64,000 nucleotides of DNA from Octopus sinensis (Eukaryota): assembly GCF_006345805.1 (NCBI RefSeq), contig NC_042997.1:143654001-143718000 (forward strand). The letters run 5' to 3'. The notes under the pieces are model-generated. The model saw only the letters and a list, made by a program, of their open reading frames with translations. It searched no databases and was not told where the DNA came from. The position numbers and the translations under genes are program-made. Below, piece after piece: positions 12,677-26,327 of the stretch (the stretch's first letter is position 1; the number at the start of each line of letters is the position of its first letter).

Positions 12677-13641
12677 TCTATATATATAAAAGAGGCTTTG
12701 GGGCAAAATTTTGTGCACATTTTGCTACGTCAGAGGTTGGCGGCCAGACCAGTGGTCAGATCGAGCTGAAAATTGACACAGCCATAGAAAGCGTGATGAG
12801 GCAGAGAGTTGAGTAGGTTAAAACTCGCCATCTGGAAAGATACGGTTGCTATGGTGAGAAGAGAGATTTTTTATCGATTCAAGGGGGGTCTAAGCCCCAC
12901 CAGAATGGCGCGATTGGCATCTAATCTAATCTATAAAATGAAGAAGGCGAACGTTGATACAAATTAGATTTTTATATAAAAAAGGGTTCTAAATGGGGCT
13001 GGAAGGGGATTAAAATTTACAGGAGAGGGTAACTTGAGGTGAGAAATTGATTGGGAGACGTTTTGGGGCACTACAGTGGTTGCTTTGCTGTGATAACGGG
13101 GGTTTTATTGATTTTGAGGGACCCTTGGGGTCTAGAATGGACACCTTTTGCCCAATATCAATCAAATTTTCAACATGGTAAAGTGAAAGCGCGGAAAATG
13201 GGTTCGAAATTTTGAAAATTAAGGCAAGATTTTGAAGTTCAAAAAAAATTCTCATTTTTAGGTATTCCCAAAATAAGTACTAAATTTAACAAAGAAATCC
13301 TTTTTTACCTTATTTTTTATCGCACAAATAGTAGTACGTACAAAAGGCAAGTGTGTTTTCCGTTATCACTGCCAGATATTTATGACTGATCTTTCAAAAT
13401 ATTTTCTTTCTCAACTTATTCAAGATCTTTTGTTTTTTTATAAATGGGAGAGAGATATATAAAGAAAGATAGAGAGTAAGAGAAAGCGAGGGAGAGTCCG
13501 AGAGAAAGGAAGAGTAAGAAAGTGAGAGAGAAAAGAGAGAGAAACAAAGAGGGAGAATGTGACTACAAGAAACAGAAAGGAAGCAACAGAAAGTAACAAC
13601 CACACCCTCACCCGTGCGTAGAGCGGGCCACCTTAAGCTAG
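12677..13641 (+). mobile_element. Non-autonomous Helitron
   Basis: A|TCTATATATATAAAA 5' end; subterminal hairpin cccg...cggg (13611-13627) then CTAG|T; no TSD; possible second internal 5' end near 12930. Confidence 0.8.
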
Positions 13642-13939
13642 TATTATATAAAATATTATGTAAGCTATAAAAGTGGCGAACTAACAACAGAAATATGAGA
13701 ACGTTGAAAAAAAATAAAATCACTTGCAGTACGTTTCCCGAATCCCGTCGAAATCAACTTCGCCGATTATCTTTTCGGGGTCAATAAAACATCATACTAG
13801 TCAAATACTTGGGTGGATTCTATCGATATACCTTTCCCACCAAAAACCTTGACTTCGTGTCTGAATTGGAAACAAAAAGTTATAAATTAATACTTTTTTT
13901 GTATAATAACAGAGAGGGAAATATTGATTCGCAATTAGG

Positions 13940-14003
<64 letters not shown>

Positions 14004-14434
14004 AACACACACACACACACACACACACCACACACACACACACTATACTGTGCCCCGATGGTAAGATCAACAAAAAAGTACTCCATCTGGTGAGAGATAA
14101 ATAATATTTGATAAACACAATATATATATTTTTACGCAGACGTGTGAAAAAATGCTGTCTGAGAGGTTTTCATCGGATTAGTAGATATTGTTTATATCTA
14201 CTTACAAAATCTCTCAAGTTTCGTTTCGTTTTCTATATCTACTTTATAACATATACAAGTGTTATAAATAACAGTAAATAGTAAATAATACGAGGACAAT
14301 AATACGAACGGGAATAGACATGAAAGTTTAAGTACTGATTATTTATTGTGCAAATTAAATTTTAGATTTCATTATGTATATGTGCATGTGTGTCTGTCTT
14401 TTTATATATGCATGTATATATATATAAGTATTTA

Positions 14435-14475
<41 letters not shown>

Positions 14476-14485
14476 TATATATATA

Positions 14486-15655
14486 CTAGCATTATGACCC
14501 GTCGTTGCCGGGTCATAGTGCTAGTGCATGTATATATGTGTATATATATGTGTACGTATTACATGTACATCTATATATATACATCTACACATAAAATACA
14601 AAATACAAAATTATATCTTGATATCGTTAGTGATAACAATACTCAAAATATATAACAGACTGGAATTGTTAGCCCGTCTCTTGTAATTTCGATCAATTGT
14701 ATCTTGTCCTCCCTCTTGTATAGAAGTGTGGCTACAATCCAGCCTACCTCTACTTCGGGGGGGGGGGCATTTTAAATTTTTATCCAGGACGTCCTACGTC
14801 CCAGATATAAAGTTAAAAATAAAATATTCCCACTTTGCAAGTTCGAGTCGAGTACTTCCTTGCACGCTTCGTTGACTCGAACCTTGCTTCTATTGTGGCA
14901 AATTTACCGCCTCTGGTTAGATATCTTTCATAGTCGCACCAAGACACTTTTCGAAGGTGCTTTCCTCCAGGTGTTCAAATCTTCTTTTTTCTCTACATTG
15001 TATACTTTATAGACAATAGTCTTTTCTTTAATTTAATTTTTTATTATCCATCTGGACTATTCCATTTCTGCACACTAATTTTATTTTTAATTTATTCCCA
15101 TTCATGTGAAACCACTTATTCAAGTTCAAATCATTGATGCAATTTTATACCAGTTGCTATTTTTACTTTTGTTATGTTACGATTATATTATACTTTAGTT
15201 TGATTTTAATTATTACTTACTACAATTGTTATTATTATTTTTATTGTTAAAGTGAAAGCATCTGACATAAAATAGAGAAATGTTTTTGTTTCACTTTTAA
15301 CACGTAATACTGAAATAGTGGAGAAGATATGATATTGCTATGGGCTCGCTCTAGACAAGAAGTTGGACATTTGTTTTGCCCATGAAACTACATGGACCCT
15401 AAGTAAGGCATATGTAAAATTTGAATGAAATTGGTTGTGTAGTTCTCAAGTTTTAGGGAATCGTAGTGGAGAAGATATGATATTGCTGTGGGCTCGCCCT
15501 AGGCAAAAAGTTAAAATGTTTTTGGCCGATGACACTCCCGGACCCTAAGTAAGGCATGTGTAGAATTTGAATGAAATTGGTTGTGTAGTTCTCAAGTTTT
15601 AGGGAAACACACAGACAGACAGACACACATTCTCAGTTTTATATATATATATAGA
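14486..15655 (-). mobile_element. Non-autonomous Helitron with two ~145-bp internal tandem repeats (15316-15460, 15464-15606)
   Basis: Minus strand A|TCTATATATATAT...AAAACTGAGAATGTGTGTCTGTCTG start; hairpin plus CTAG|T end at 14486. Confidence 0.8.
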
Positions 15656-15659
15656 TAGA

Positions 15660-15999
15660 TAGATGAAGGCCTACAACATCAATATTAGCAACTGGGAAGC
15701 ATTTGCCAGCAACCGTGGAGATTGGCGACGTACCGTAAAAGAGGGAACACAAAGGAGTGACAGAGAGAGAGAGGAGAAATGGAAAGACAAGAAAAGACGT
15801 CAACAAGAAACTATGACATTACAACCAGCCAGGCAAAGTCTTCACTACATTTGCGGCACCTGCGAGAGGGAGTGTTTGTCCAGGATAGGACTACACAGCC
15901 ACAGCAGGCGATGTATTAGGACATGAAATTTAAAAGCCGGACTAGATTATTTTATGCGCAACTCCATTGTCTCTCGAGACAAAAAGGATGCCAACAACA

Positions 16000-16000
<1 letters not shown>
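15660..16000 (+). mobile_element. RTE-clade LINE 3' end
   Basis: WEAFASNRGDWRRTVKEG...CGTCERECLSRIGLHSHSRRC C-terminal zinc-finger-like motif; tail tctcgagac...ccaacaacaa. Confidence 0.85.
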
Positions 16001-16030
<30 letters not shown>

Positions 16031-16229
16031 TATACATATTAAAAATTCAAATAAGTTATCATTATCTTTGAAAAATAATGATAAAGTGGCCAGCAACCAA
16101 TCCAATATGCAAAATATGCGTGTTTACATATAGTGGGAGATACGTGGTTTTAGAGAGTTTTATTCTTCTTTCAAGCAAACAGGTACTTAATGTGCCCTGA
16201 CTTTTAATACATATACATATGCGCATGTA

Positions 16230-16265
<36 letters not shown>

Positions 16266-16489
16266 CGAGGAGCTGCATCTATATATTTAACAAATATACT
16301 GCATATTTAATCTTCCTGCAAAGTTTCTCTTAGGGTTTAAGTGACAGGGCCTTCGACACAGTTGTTGAAATATGTTTGAAACCGCCTAGTTTCGTCATTC
16401 ATAAGACTCATCAGGGATTGTCGATCTCTGAAGTTTAAACTGACAAAACCAAGAAATGCTCGAACGAAATGTGAAGAAGACTTCAGAAG

Positions 16490-16640
16490 AGCCCTTCTGA
16501 GTTCAAATTCCACCGGGGTCGACTTTGCCTTTCATCCTTTCAGGGTCGATGAATTAAGTACCAGTTGCGCATCGAGGTCGATCTAATCGACTGGCCCCCT
16601 CCCCCCAAATTTCAGGCCTTGTGCCTATAGTAGAAAGGAT
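16490..16640 (+). mobile_element. SINE family 2 fragment
   Basis: Core motif plus ccaaatttcaggccttgtgcc tail. Confidence 0.8.
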
Positions 16641-18180
16641 TAATGAACAAGAGTTCCGCAAAAGCATGAATTAGGCATAAATCTGCCTGTAAAGTCACAT
16701 TTATATGTTAAATAAATATACATTTAGACTGGTTGTGAATTCAATCTCTGTGCTCACATTACCTCAACAGATTGAGATGAAAATCAAACGTAGAAGTCAG
16801 GGGTGCTTGAGAATGTCGAAACTAGTTTAATTTGTCGCTAGAAAATGCTGTACGAATTTTATGACGATATTCAATAGTAAACGAAGGAAGAAGATTTAGT
16901 ATACAGAGTTACACCGAAGGCTCGTTCGTCATTGTATAAGATATTACAGTAATAGGGACAACCAGTAAAGAAGTCGTTCTATTTCTCGTTTCGTTCAGAT
17001 GCTTGGATTAAGTGAAGGATGCAGTTGATAATATGTTGCTCATTTCAGTGCGATGCATATAATGGAACATAAGCATATATCATTTTGGCCAAGAGGTTGA
17101 CCTCATATCCACATTGATAAAGTAGCCATTTCTACTGTTTTGCACGAGGTAATAAGAATTTATCATAACGCTTGCGTTGATTTCTTTTTAAATAGTTATG
17201 ATACAGCTCCTATTTCTCAGGCGATAAAAAGCATATGTGACGTGAATGAAAAGTTTGAAGTGCCGTGTATATCAATGGAAATGAACAAAGTACACCTGAA
17301 TTGTTTAAAATTACTATCTATAATTCAACGTTGAAGATTTACGGACATAAATCTTTTCTGCCTAACTGAATTTAGAATTAGTTCTGTCAAAAAATACAGC
17401 ATATTGTTTATTGAAGAAACAAAAACAAAGCCACTTCAGTAAACAATGGAAGTATATATTATATATTGATGGGAGAAAAACCTAATTTAATATTCTCGAA
17501 GCAATCAGGATAAAGTAAATAAAACAAAAAATCTGAGTTGTCTTTTCTGAATAGTTTATTACAGCATGGGGCAAAATATTGGTAAAACATGAAATGAAGC
17601 TGAAACTACGAGATAATCTTAACCATAAAACAGAAAGGATTATTTTTATGTGAATAACTTGAAAGAAATATAAATAATTCACGCTTAAGTTTTCAAATTA
17701 TATAGTTAATGGGCAGGATTTTATACCAAGTCTCTGAGTTTTCCTTTTATGAGGAAAATTTATAAATTGTAACATCCGGTGTACACATTTGAGCTGATAT
17801 CTAATTGAAACAACCATCTATATATATATATATATATCATACTTCATGTATACACGTTGTTGAAAATCCAATTGCTGCAGTATTTGTCTTGAGATAACAT
17901 CGCTTATGGACTTCCAGTGTTACATACGCAATAAATCAAACTGAGACAAAAATCCGTCCCAGCCACAGTTTCTGTATCAGAGACGACAAATTCTCGTCTG
18001 AACATGCGAATGGCTGTGGGTTTACGCCATTGAAAGACTAAGAAGGTCGAAATGCATCTGGTACTCCCACTGGCCGCTGATGGGGGTGAATTTCCGTCTT
18101 TGATATTTTTTTAGATCTGGCACCGCTCTTCTCAATCTAGGACTGAACACTGTCGATTTCTTCCAAAAGAAGACACAGAT

Positions 18181-18407
18181 CTTTTACTTTTTCAATCATA
18201 GGACTGTGGCCATGTTGGGGTACCATCTCGAAGGATTATAATAGAACAAATTGACCCCCAATTGTTATTTTTTTAGGTCTAGTACTTATTCCATCAATTT
18301 TTATCCTGAATTGCTCGGTTACATGGACGTAAACAAACCAACACCGGTTGTCAAGCGGTGACATAGGGGGAAACAAAACACAAAGACACCCCCCACACAC
18401 ACACACA

Positions 18408-18444
<37 letters not shown>

Positions 18445-18550
18445 ACGACGGGCTTCCATATAGTTTCTATTTGTTAAATTCATTCACAAGCGTTAGTCGA
18501 GCTCGAAACCACGCGGTTTCAGCGATAACCATACAGCCATGTCTGCGCCT
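18181..18550 (-). mobile_element. SINE family 1
   Basis: Similar to 52291-52659, with internal (CA)n. Confidence 0.75.
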
Positions 18551-19373
18551 AGGCACTGACTGAAAGAAAAAAGGAAGGCGGTGGATCGGCCCCGCTAGAG
18601 GACTAGAGCTTTACTTATCGATTCCGAAAAGATGAAACGCAGAGTTGACCTCAGCAGTATCTGAACTCAGAGGGAATGAACGCTACAAGACGCTCTAACA
18701 ACTCTACCGACTCGCCGACTATCATTTCTGTAGTGACTGCACTTGTTTACAGTGGTATATTGTCTATGCAAAATCTTTGCTTTAATTTTTGGTTGGAAAA
18801 ATATCTTCCAGACTATTTGGTATTGAAGATTTGTAACTCTACAATCGATAATTAATGTCTATTTGTTAATTTTTAGCCAGCAATTACACACAATATTAAT
18901 TACTATTTATAGACTGTTCACATTAAAGCCAAAACGCAAATTGAAAAAGTGAATTAAGTTCATGAAAATGGGGCGGAGAAAGTGGAATTAATGACGTCAC
19001 TAAAATTACGCAAATTATAGATATTATGTATAAATCCTTAGTAAAAGTAGTTTTACAAAGTGCAATATTTCTTTTCTTTTCTTTTTTTCATTTTAAAATT
19101 CTATAATTTCGAAAGCAATTTTGTGAAATTTATTTTCCTGTTCTTTTGTTTTCTCCAATGAAAATTGTGGATGTCATAAATCTCCCGCGGAATTATAAAT
19201 GATTCTGCATGATTAATGTTTTGTAATACTCTATTATTTTTGGTTGATTTATTATTCGGATGAAATTTAGTAATGAAATAATAGGATAATAATGAAATAT
19301 AACGAAAGAGAAAGCGCTAGTGGAGATATACCGAAAGAAAGAAAGGAAGAAGACAGGCAGATAGATAAATAGA

Positions 19374-19417
<44 letters not shown>

Positions 19418-19540
19418 GAGACAGACAGACAGACAAATACACAGATAGATAGATAAATTGATAGATAGATAGATAAATAGCTAGGTAGGTAAATAGATAG
19501 ATCGATAGACAAATAGGTAGGTAGATAGGTAGATAGAGGC

Positions 19541-19583
<43 letters not shown>

Positions 19584-19716
19584 GAGTGAGATACATAGAT
19601 AGAGAGAAAGAGAGAGATACGAGAGAAAGATTCAAGGAAAGTAAGAGAGAAGATGAAGAAAAGAGAGGCTAGGAAGAATGAAAGGAATTAGAAAGAAATT
19701 GTAAAACATGACTCAC

Positions 19717-19776
19717 CTTCTTCATAAAAAGACAGGGATATTTTATCTGATCACCATAGAGATGCTGGTAAACGTC
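19717..19776 (-). CDS. Candidate 60-nt internal exon of unidentified host gene (DVYQHLYGDQIKYPCLFMKK)
   Basis: Acceptor atttttAG, donor AAG|GTGAGT, one open frame in phase 0/0; not in any recognised repeat. Confidence 0.55.
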
Positions 19777-20449
19777 CTAAAAATCTGGAATCGAATTTCA
19801 GCATTACGTTTATCGTTAATGGTGTTAGGAAAGGGACAAATGTCACATTTTCGTTGCTGTATGTTTCTTGTACCACATCAAACGGATATTAAAAAGAAAC
19901 CCCGAAAGAAATTAAATATTCATCTATGTAGAATACTTAACATATGCAAAACATACTGCTTAGAGACGTGATGTTGTAGTATTTCGTCTGAGAGAAAATC
20001 TCTTCATAGGCATGCTGCCTTAAAAACAATATCTATTGGAGGGAAACGAAAAATCGTTTGTGTAGGCTAATGTATGTAGTGCGATGTTGAGTAAAACCTT
20101 ACATTTAGCCTGGTAGACTTTGTTAGGCGTGTGGAGCGGGGGTATAAAATGTTTGCATGTATATAACAGCTTCACTGTCCCAGATGTGCGATCAGTATAT
20201 TATTGTAGTACAATATTACATTTTGTAATAGGTGACCAGTATATTGTTGATGATCTTTAAGAAGATCGACAAAAATATTGCCTCAGATACAAACGTTATC
20301 ACCTTTCACTCTTCCATAACATATAGAAGATGACATTTAAGATGCCAGTAACGGAATCGAAACCAGGGCTACATCATTGCGAAGTGAACTTCTTGGCCAT
20401 TCACCAACACTGCACCTACAAACGTAGATTTATTAATAAACCCTAACAA

Positions 20450-20700
20450 GTACTCAATCCCTGAAAAGCTCAAACGAGACCTACAAAGCAACACTTCTCC
20501 GAAATTCAAAACGGTGATATTGTTTTACACAAGAAAATCTTTGAGTGCATTCGCAAAAAGGTCATCCGGTTGATTGACAATTCTCCTTCATGAATATGCT
20601 CCAACCTCATGCTCACAGACGCACTGTCTCCTCACTCTGCATTTTATACCGATATTACAACAGTCAATTCTTCCCGTATTGTCGCACATACTTTATCTTT
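20450..20700 (+). mobile_element. Degenerate CR1/L2-type LINE 3' fragment
   Basis: KKVIRLID...LQPHAHRRTVSSLCILYRYYN resembles the post-RT C-terminus of this group. Confidence 0.5.
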
Positions 20701-21235
20701 GACCCAAGATTTCGCATGGTTAAGAAGTTAGTTTTGCGAACACATTGTTTCGGAGTCAATCCCACTGTGCGACACCTTGAACAAGAATTGTCCACTATAG
20801 CCTTGGGCCAACCAACGCCTTGTAAATGTATTTGGTGAACGGAAACTGTATGGAAACACGGATACCTTCTGCTGATGAAGGTCAAACGCGCTGAAATGAC
20901 ATAATCTAGCAGTTTCACCACAAGTGCTGAACAATTTTCGTCTGCCACCGATACTGATTTTCTGTGGTTTTAAGCTCTGAACGGCTATCCTAAATACTAT
21001 TTCAAGACGAATACTGCAGTATTATGGCGTTCTTATTATAAATCCACTTTAGTTAGGATATAAAGATTTCTATTCAGCAATAATACTGCTTCTGGCGCTG
21101 CCTTAAGGTTGTAAAATTGCGAATTAGCCTTCCATATTATTTATAATTTTCACTTTTACCGTTTCTGAAATCAGCGTATGATTTCTACGGAAATCTTATA
21201 AACTGACAAGGCGAGATGAATTTAACGGGATTAAA

Positions 21236-21537
21236 TTTAGCGGGATTAAAAGCGAAACCCGGTAAAGGGCAGAGGAACTTAAAAGAATCAATGGCCATTT
21301 CGAAAACAAGTTGACAGAACTCGTGAACCTTGTTTGGCAGTCTTCCTAGCAGAAGGAGCTATTTGATTTTAAAACTGGGGTAGATTGGACTCCTTAGTTA
21401 CAGTGATGACAAGCTTTCAGTGTCCAACGGTTCCATGCCTGAGATGAAGGCGAATGAACCGCGAATCGGGACTTAACTCCGGAGTAATATTTAGATGAAG
21501 ATACAAGACCAACTGATGCTCACCTATCTCCTAGTAG
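21236..21537 (+). repeat. Diverged duplicate of part of the 5' region of the downstream R4-like element (22816-23113)
   Basis: Direct alignment from cgggat(t/g)aaaagcgaaacccgg to ctcctagtagg. Confidence 0.9.
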
Positions 21538-22740
21538 GCACATCTCCCCCTAGCCAACAAATCGTAGAACCACAAAAAATGGGTCACTTAAAGTTTAGGT
21601 GAATGAAAATTGAACTGCGTTATTTCTGTTCCGAAATTCATTATTTCTGTTCCGAAATTCATGCGTCTTTGCGTTTGTACTCTATCGCTTGACAACTAGT
21701 GTTGCTTTCTTTATGTCCCCATAACCTAGCGGTTCAGCAGGAACCGATAAAATACATATTAGACTGGAAATAAGTACTGGAATCGATTTATTCAACTAAA
21801 CCCTTCAATGTGACACACTAACATGATCGCAGTTTTATAAATGAAACAAGTAAAAGATCAAAGATAACATCTGTACCCGATCCTTCTTCCCCAGGACTTC
21901 AACTGTCAGGAATTCTCTTCATATACTCGTTTATTTCTTGCAGACCTCGTTCTAAAGCCTTTTACTTTTAACACAAATAGCATTAATCAAATCAGTCTCA
22001 GAGAGGCACAGGTGTGTCCCTCCTGACTAATATAATAAAATAATTGTCTCCAAATTAAATAGTTTCTGACTCTGAATAGAAAAGTTAGGTTTTGAGATGG
22101 GGGACTTACATTATGTTATACATAGTATGTAGACACAATTTAAGAGCAATCTATCTTTAGCTGCTAAACGTGATTTATAGTAAGAAAAAAAACAGAAGAA
22201 ATCATATATAACCTAAAGGGCCAAATAAATTGGTTACGCTAAAAACTTTTACAATCTAGAACATATTTTTGTTTTATTTATCAAAAAATGTAATTTTTGC
22301 GGTTTATTATAAATCAAAAATTTTCATGTTGATAATTGGTGGAAAATCGATAGAAAATGAAAAAAGTCGAAGCAATTCTTATGATTTCTTTCTACATGCA
22401 ATACCCTCTGTGTCCAATATGCAAACTTGGTAGTTACAGATACTTCTGTCAGGGATGATGATGATCATTATGATAATGACGATGATGATAATAACAACAA
22501 CAACAGCAACAACAACAACAACAACAACAACAATAATAAAAGTTAATAATAATATCGCCGCAGTATCAGCAGCAGCTAAACCAACAGTCGTAAATTTGCC
22601 GGAGAGACAATATTAGAAATCCTCGTCCTTAGAGTAATAATATAATTATAGTAATAGTTGTGAAACTATAGTAGTGAACTAGTAAATAATAAGATAGGGA
22701 TTATAGTAGTAATACTGAAATCATAATAGTGAACAATAAT

Positions 22741-25680
22741 TACCCAGAAAGATTAATAAGTAGCGTTGTGAAACCATCGAGTCGTCGACGAGGAGGGTGG
22801 ACTTTCGACACCCTGCGGGATGAAAAGCGAAACCCGGTAAAGGGCAGAGGAACTTAAAAGAGTCAATGGCCATTTCGAAAACAAGTTGACAGAACTCGTG
22901 AACCTTGGTTGGCAGTCTGCCTAGCAGAAGGAGCACTTTGATTTTAAAACTGGGGTAGATAGGACTCCTTAGTTACAGTGATGACAAGCTTTTAGTGTCC
23001 AACGGTTCCATGCCTGAGATGAAGGCGAATGAACCACGAATCGGGACTTAACTCCGGAGTAATATTCAGATGAAGATACAAGACCAACTGATGCTCACCT
23101 ATCTCCTAGTAGGTATCAGAATCATGGTCCCCAACACACAGAAATGCGAAGGGAACAGGCACAACTTATGCGTAGTAAGAGCTCTACAGTCTTGGTTGGT
23201 TCCTTTGCCAAACCAACAGAAATGTGAGAAAAAGCGAGTTTCAGGCGCTTTCAAATAACCAGTGCTCCGAGTAGGCTATACTCGTTAGTCTTGGGTGGTA
23301 AGCAGCCTAGGAGAAGGTACACTCTGAGTCCAAAACCAGGGGAGCAAGGACCTTACCGCCTTGGTTGACTACTTTAATAGAGATGGTATCTCGATGAAAA
23401 TACATGTTAGTAGTAACCTAAAATCACACTTCATTAGTGAGTGAAAATACCAAGCAAAATAAATAACGATAACGGTGTTAACGGGACTGGAACCAATGGT
23501 GAAGGTGTTGCACTCGGCAGGTGTCCCATTGTGCAGCAGGGTGTGCTCGGTCGTAACCCAACAACTGCTTGTCATACTACAAGACATAGTCCTTGTACTG
23601 GTCAAAATATGCAACGTGCTCGCAAACGCAAGCGGTCTGTTGGTATGAACCAAAAGGCGATCCAGTGCCATGAACAAGCCTTGCTAGACAAGAATAATGG
23701 CAAATGTAAAGCTGTCGGAAAAAGATCATTAGATCTTTGGAACCAGCTGGGTATGTTCCATATTACTGAAAATGGACTCATGAATCAAGATAAGAATAAT
23801 TCGGAATAGAGGCTTTCTTAATGAGGCCCAGATACAGACAATTAGGAAAAGTCTCTGTAGTGATGATAATGTCGAGAATAACGTAGGTGAAGATCAGCGA
23901 ATGCATAGCCAAAGTGAAGTTGTAATAACCAGCACTTAGCCGAGGTAACAATCAAAATCTGTACCTTCCATGGAAACTCTTGTTCACCTCTATTATCTAT
24001 TATAGCCTTGATCACACTTTCTGTAGTCCTATTCAAAGTCAACGCGCGCTATGTGCTGAGAAAGAATGGACCTCGTCTCAACCACCTTCTCTTCATGGAT
24101 GATTTAAAACTGTTATAAAAAGAACAGCCTGAAATGGAGAGGCTGGTTGAGACTTGCAAATGTACAGCAAGGATATGGAAATGGGATTCGGAATCTCAAG
24201 TGTGTGGTGCTTACTTTGAAGCGGGGGAGGGGGAGAGAAAATGGTTGGGGTATAGAATTGCCAAATGTAGTGAGAATGGAAGACCCGGATGATGATGGGT
24301 ACAAGTACCTTGGGATCCAACAGCTGGACAATATTTTGCATAAAGAAATGGAAGAAAAGGTCATCACTGCATATTTCAAGCGCCCTAAACTTCTCTTGAA
24401 ATCAAAACTCAACTCAAGGAACCTTGTGACTACCATCAACATGTGGGCGGTTGCTGTAGTCCGCTGTAGTGCAGCCGTACTGAAACGGGCACAAGCGGAG
24501 ATTAACCAACTCGATCGTACTACCCGAAAGACAATGACAATGTATGGTGCCCTCCACCCTAAGGTGAATGTACACAAGCTCTACGTGAAGAGGGGTAAAT
24601 GTGGACGTAGGCTGATCAGCGTACGGGAGTGTATCAACAGTAAAAGAGGAAACATGGCAGAATATTTGATAAACAACAAACAAGACCTGATATAGTATGC
24701 TGTTAATGTAGAAGGATTTAACAAAAATAGACTTGAGGGTGCTCATGAATTCCGATCAAGAACAACCAACGAGAGAAAAGAAACCCTACTTTGCATGGAA
24801 TTAAATGGTCAGTTCCACCGTGAAACCAACAAATTAAAAGACCAGGAAGCATCATGAAGGTGGCTTAACAAAGGTGACCTAAAAAGAATACTGAAAGCCT
24901 AATCATCGCTGCTCAAGACCAGACACTGAATACCAACACAGTGAAAAAGAATATATACCACACAATTGCAACGGACCTCTGCAGAATGAATGGGTCGAAA
25001 GCGTGACTCACATTGTTAGTGCTTGTGAAAGTCTTGCACAGAAAGTGTACAAGCATACACACGACAATATAGCCCCAAACCTCCACTGGCTACTATGCCG
25101 TATGGATATGAGGTTACCAACATACACTGGAAAAGGTAATGGACGAAAAGGGGAAGGCAAAAATCCTCTGGGACTTTGACTTCCAGACAGAAAAAAGTAT
25201 TAAAGCAGCGAAGGCCGGATATAGTAACCTTTAGGAGGGACAAACAAGAGTGCCTAATTACGGACGGGACAGTGCCAGGAAGTCAATTATATCATCAGAA
25301 AAGAAAGAGAAACGGTTGATAAATATGGAGACCTGAGAATTGAGATAGCTAAAATGTGGGCGCTACGAGAGTCAAACAAAGGTTATCCCTATTGTCATCG
25401 GAGTATTGGGTTTAATACCACTCAATCTAAAAAGAAAACACTGCTGAAAACTTAAGAAATACCCTACAATCTAGGTGTATTACAAAAGTCGGCATTACTT
25501 GGAACTGCACTCATATTGCGTAAAGTACTGTCTGTCTGACTTCACAAACAATACAAACCCCCGGTAGACACAATATCTTCCGTCAACAACCTCACGATAT
25601 TGTATACTGTACGATATTGTATGCAACAACAACAACAACAACAACAATAATAATAGTAATAATAACAATAATATAATGCT
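22741..25680 (+). mobile_element. R4/Dong-like RLE non-LTR retrotransposon, internally deleted pseudogene
   Basis: N-terminus LWNQLGMFHITENGLMNQ; RT FMDDLKL; KLNSRNLVTTINMWAV; CCHC VTHIVSAC; RLE region KILWDF...IPIVIGVLG; (CAA)n/(TAA)n tail. Confidence 0.85.
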
Positions 25681-26213
25681 CTGATGCAGTACAAGGCACA
25701 AGCTTTCATGGCTTCTGTTCTCAGCTGATTGGAAGTGTTATCATGTACATGTTTTGTCTTGGTATAAAAAAAGGGGCTACATCAAATTTCCTGTTCAGTA
25801 CCACAGGCTGCTTGTCAGTTGTTTGACCATAACCAGTTGAGAATGTCCCTTAGTGGATGATAATATGCGCATCTCTGATCACGAGCAGAAGTAATGGGGG
25901 AGCATCATAGCCATGTGTTGAGAGGAATTCTTTGAGGTTTGGATAATTCAGCTCTGAAAACATGAGTGTTTCGTTCAACACACTTAAATAACCCCTATTC
26001 AGGGACCTTTTGGGCTATTCAACCTCAAGAAAATTCTAACTGGGCCCCACCTGCAAGGTCATGCACTGTTTGTCTTGTTATGAGATCACCGTGTCGCGCA
26101 GATATGGTTGTGATGCATGTGCCTGGTGTACCCTTATCAGATGAGTAGTCGTGATGAGTATATTGGGCTTCGTATATTTTATCCCAGTGATGGCATGCAC
26201 TGTTCTCTCACTC

Positions 26214-26255
<42 letters not shown>
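25680..26255 (+). repeat. Unclassified element ending in (CAA)n tail
   Basis: Non-coding ~530 bp followed by (CAA)14; class inferred only. Confidence 0.3.
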
Positions 26256-26256
<1 letters not shown>

Positions 26257-26281
26257 TATGTTTGGGAAGCAAGTGTCTTAC

Positions 26282-26327
26282 CTTTCTTTAAAAAGTACCT
26301 TAAATAATCTGATTTAATAACTACCTC
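26282..26327 (-). CDS. Candidate 46-nt exon of same host gene (g-EVVIKSDYLRYFLRK)
   Basis: Acceptor ccacttgtccAG with upstream CTAAT branch-like site, donor AAG|GTAAGA; ends in phase 0, compatible with 19717-19776. Confidence 0.5.

Noticed and set aside
20866-20912. CTGATGA-A...GAAA hammerhead-like spacing
   Set aside because: Stems II and III do not pair and there is no valid UH adjoining stem I
22790-22855. Resemblance to a twister ribozyme 3' half (aaacccggtaaagggcagagg)
   Set aside because: Lacks the UAA cleavage loop and the T1 pseudoknot complementarity
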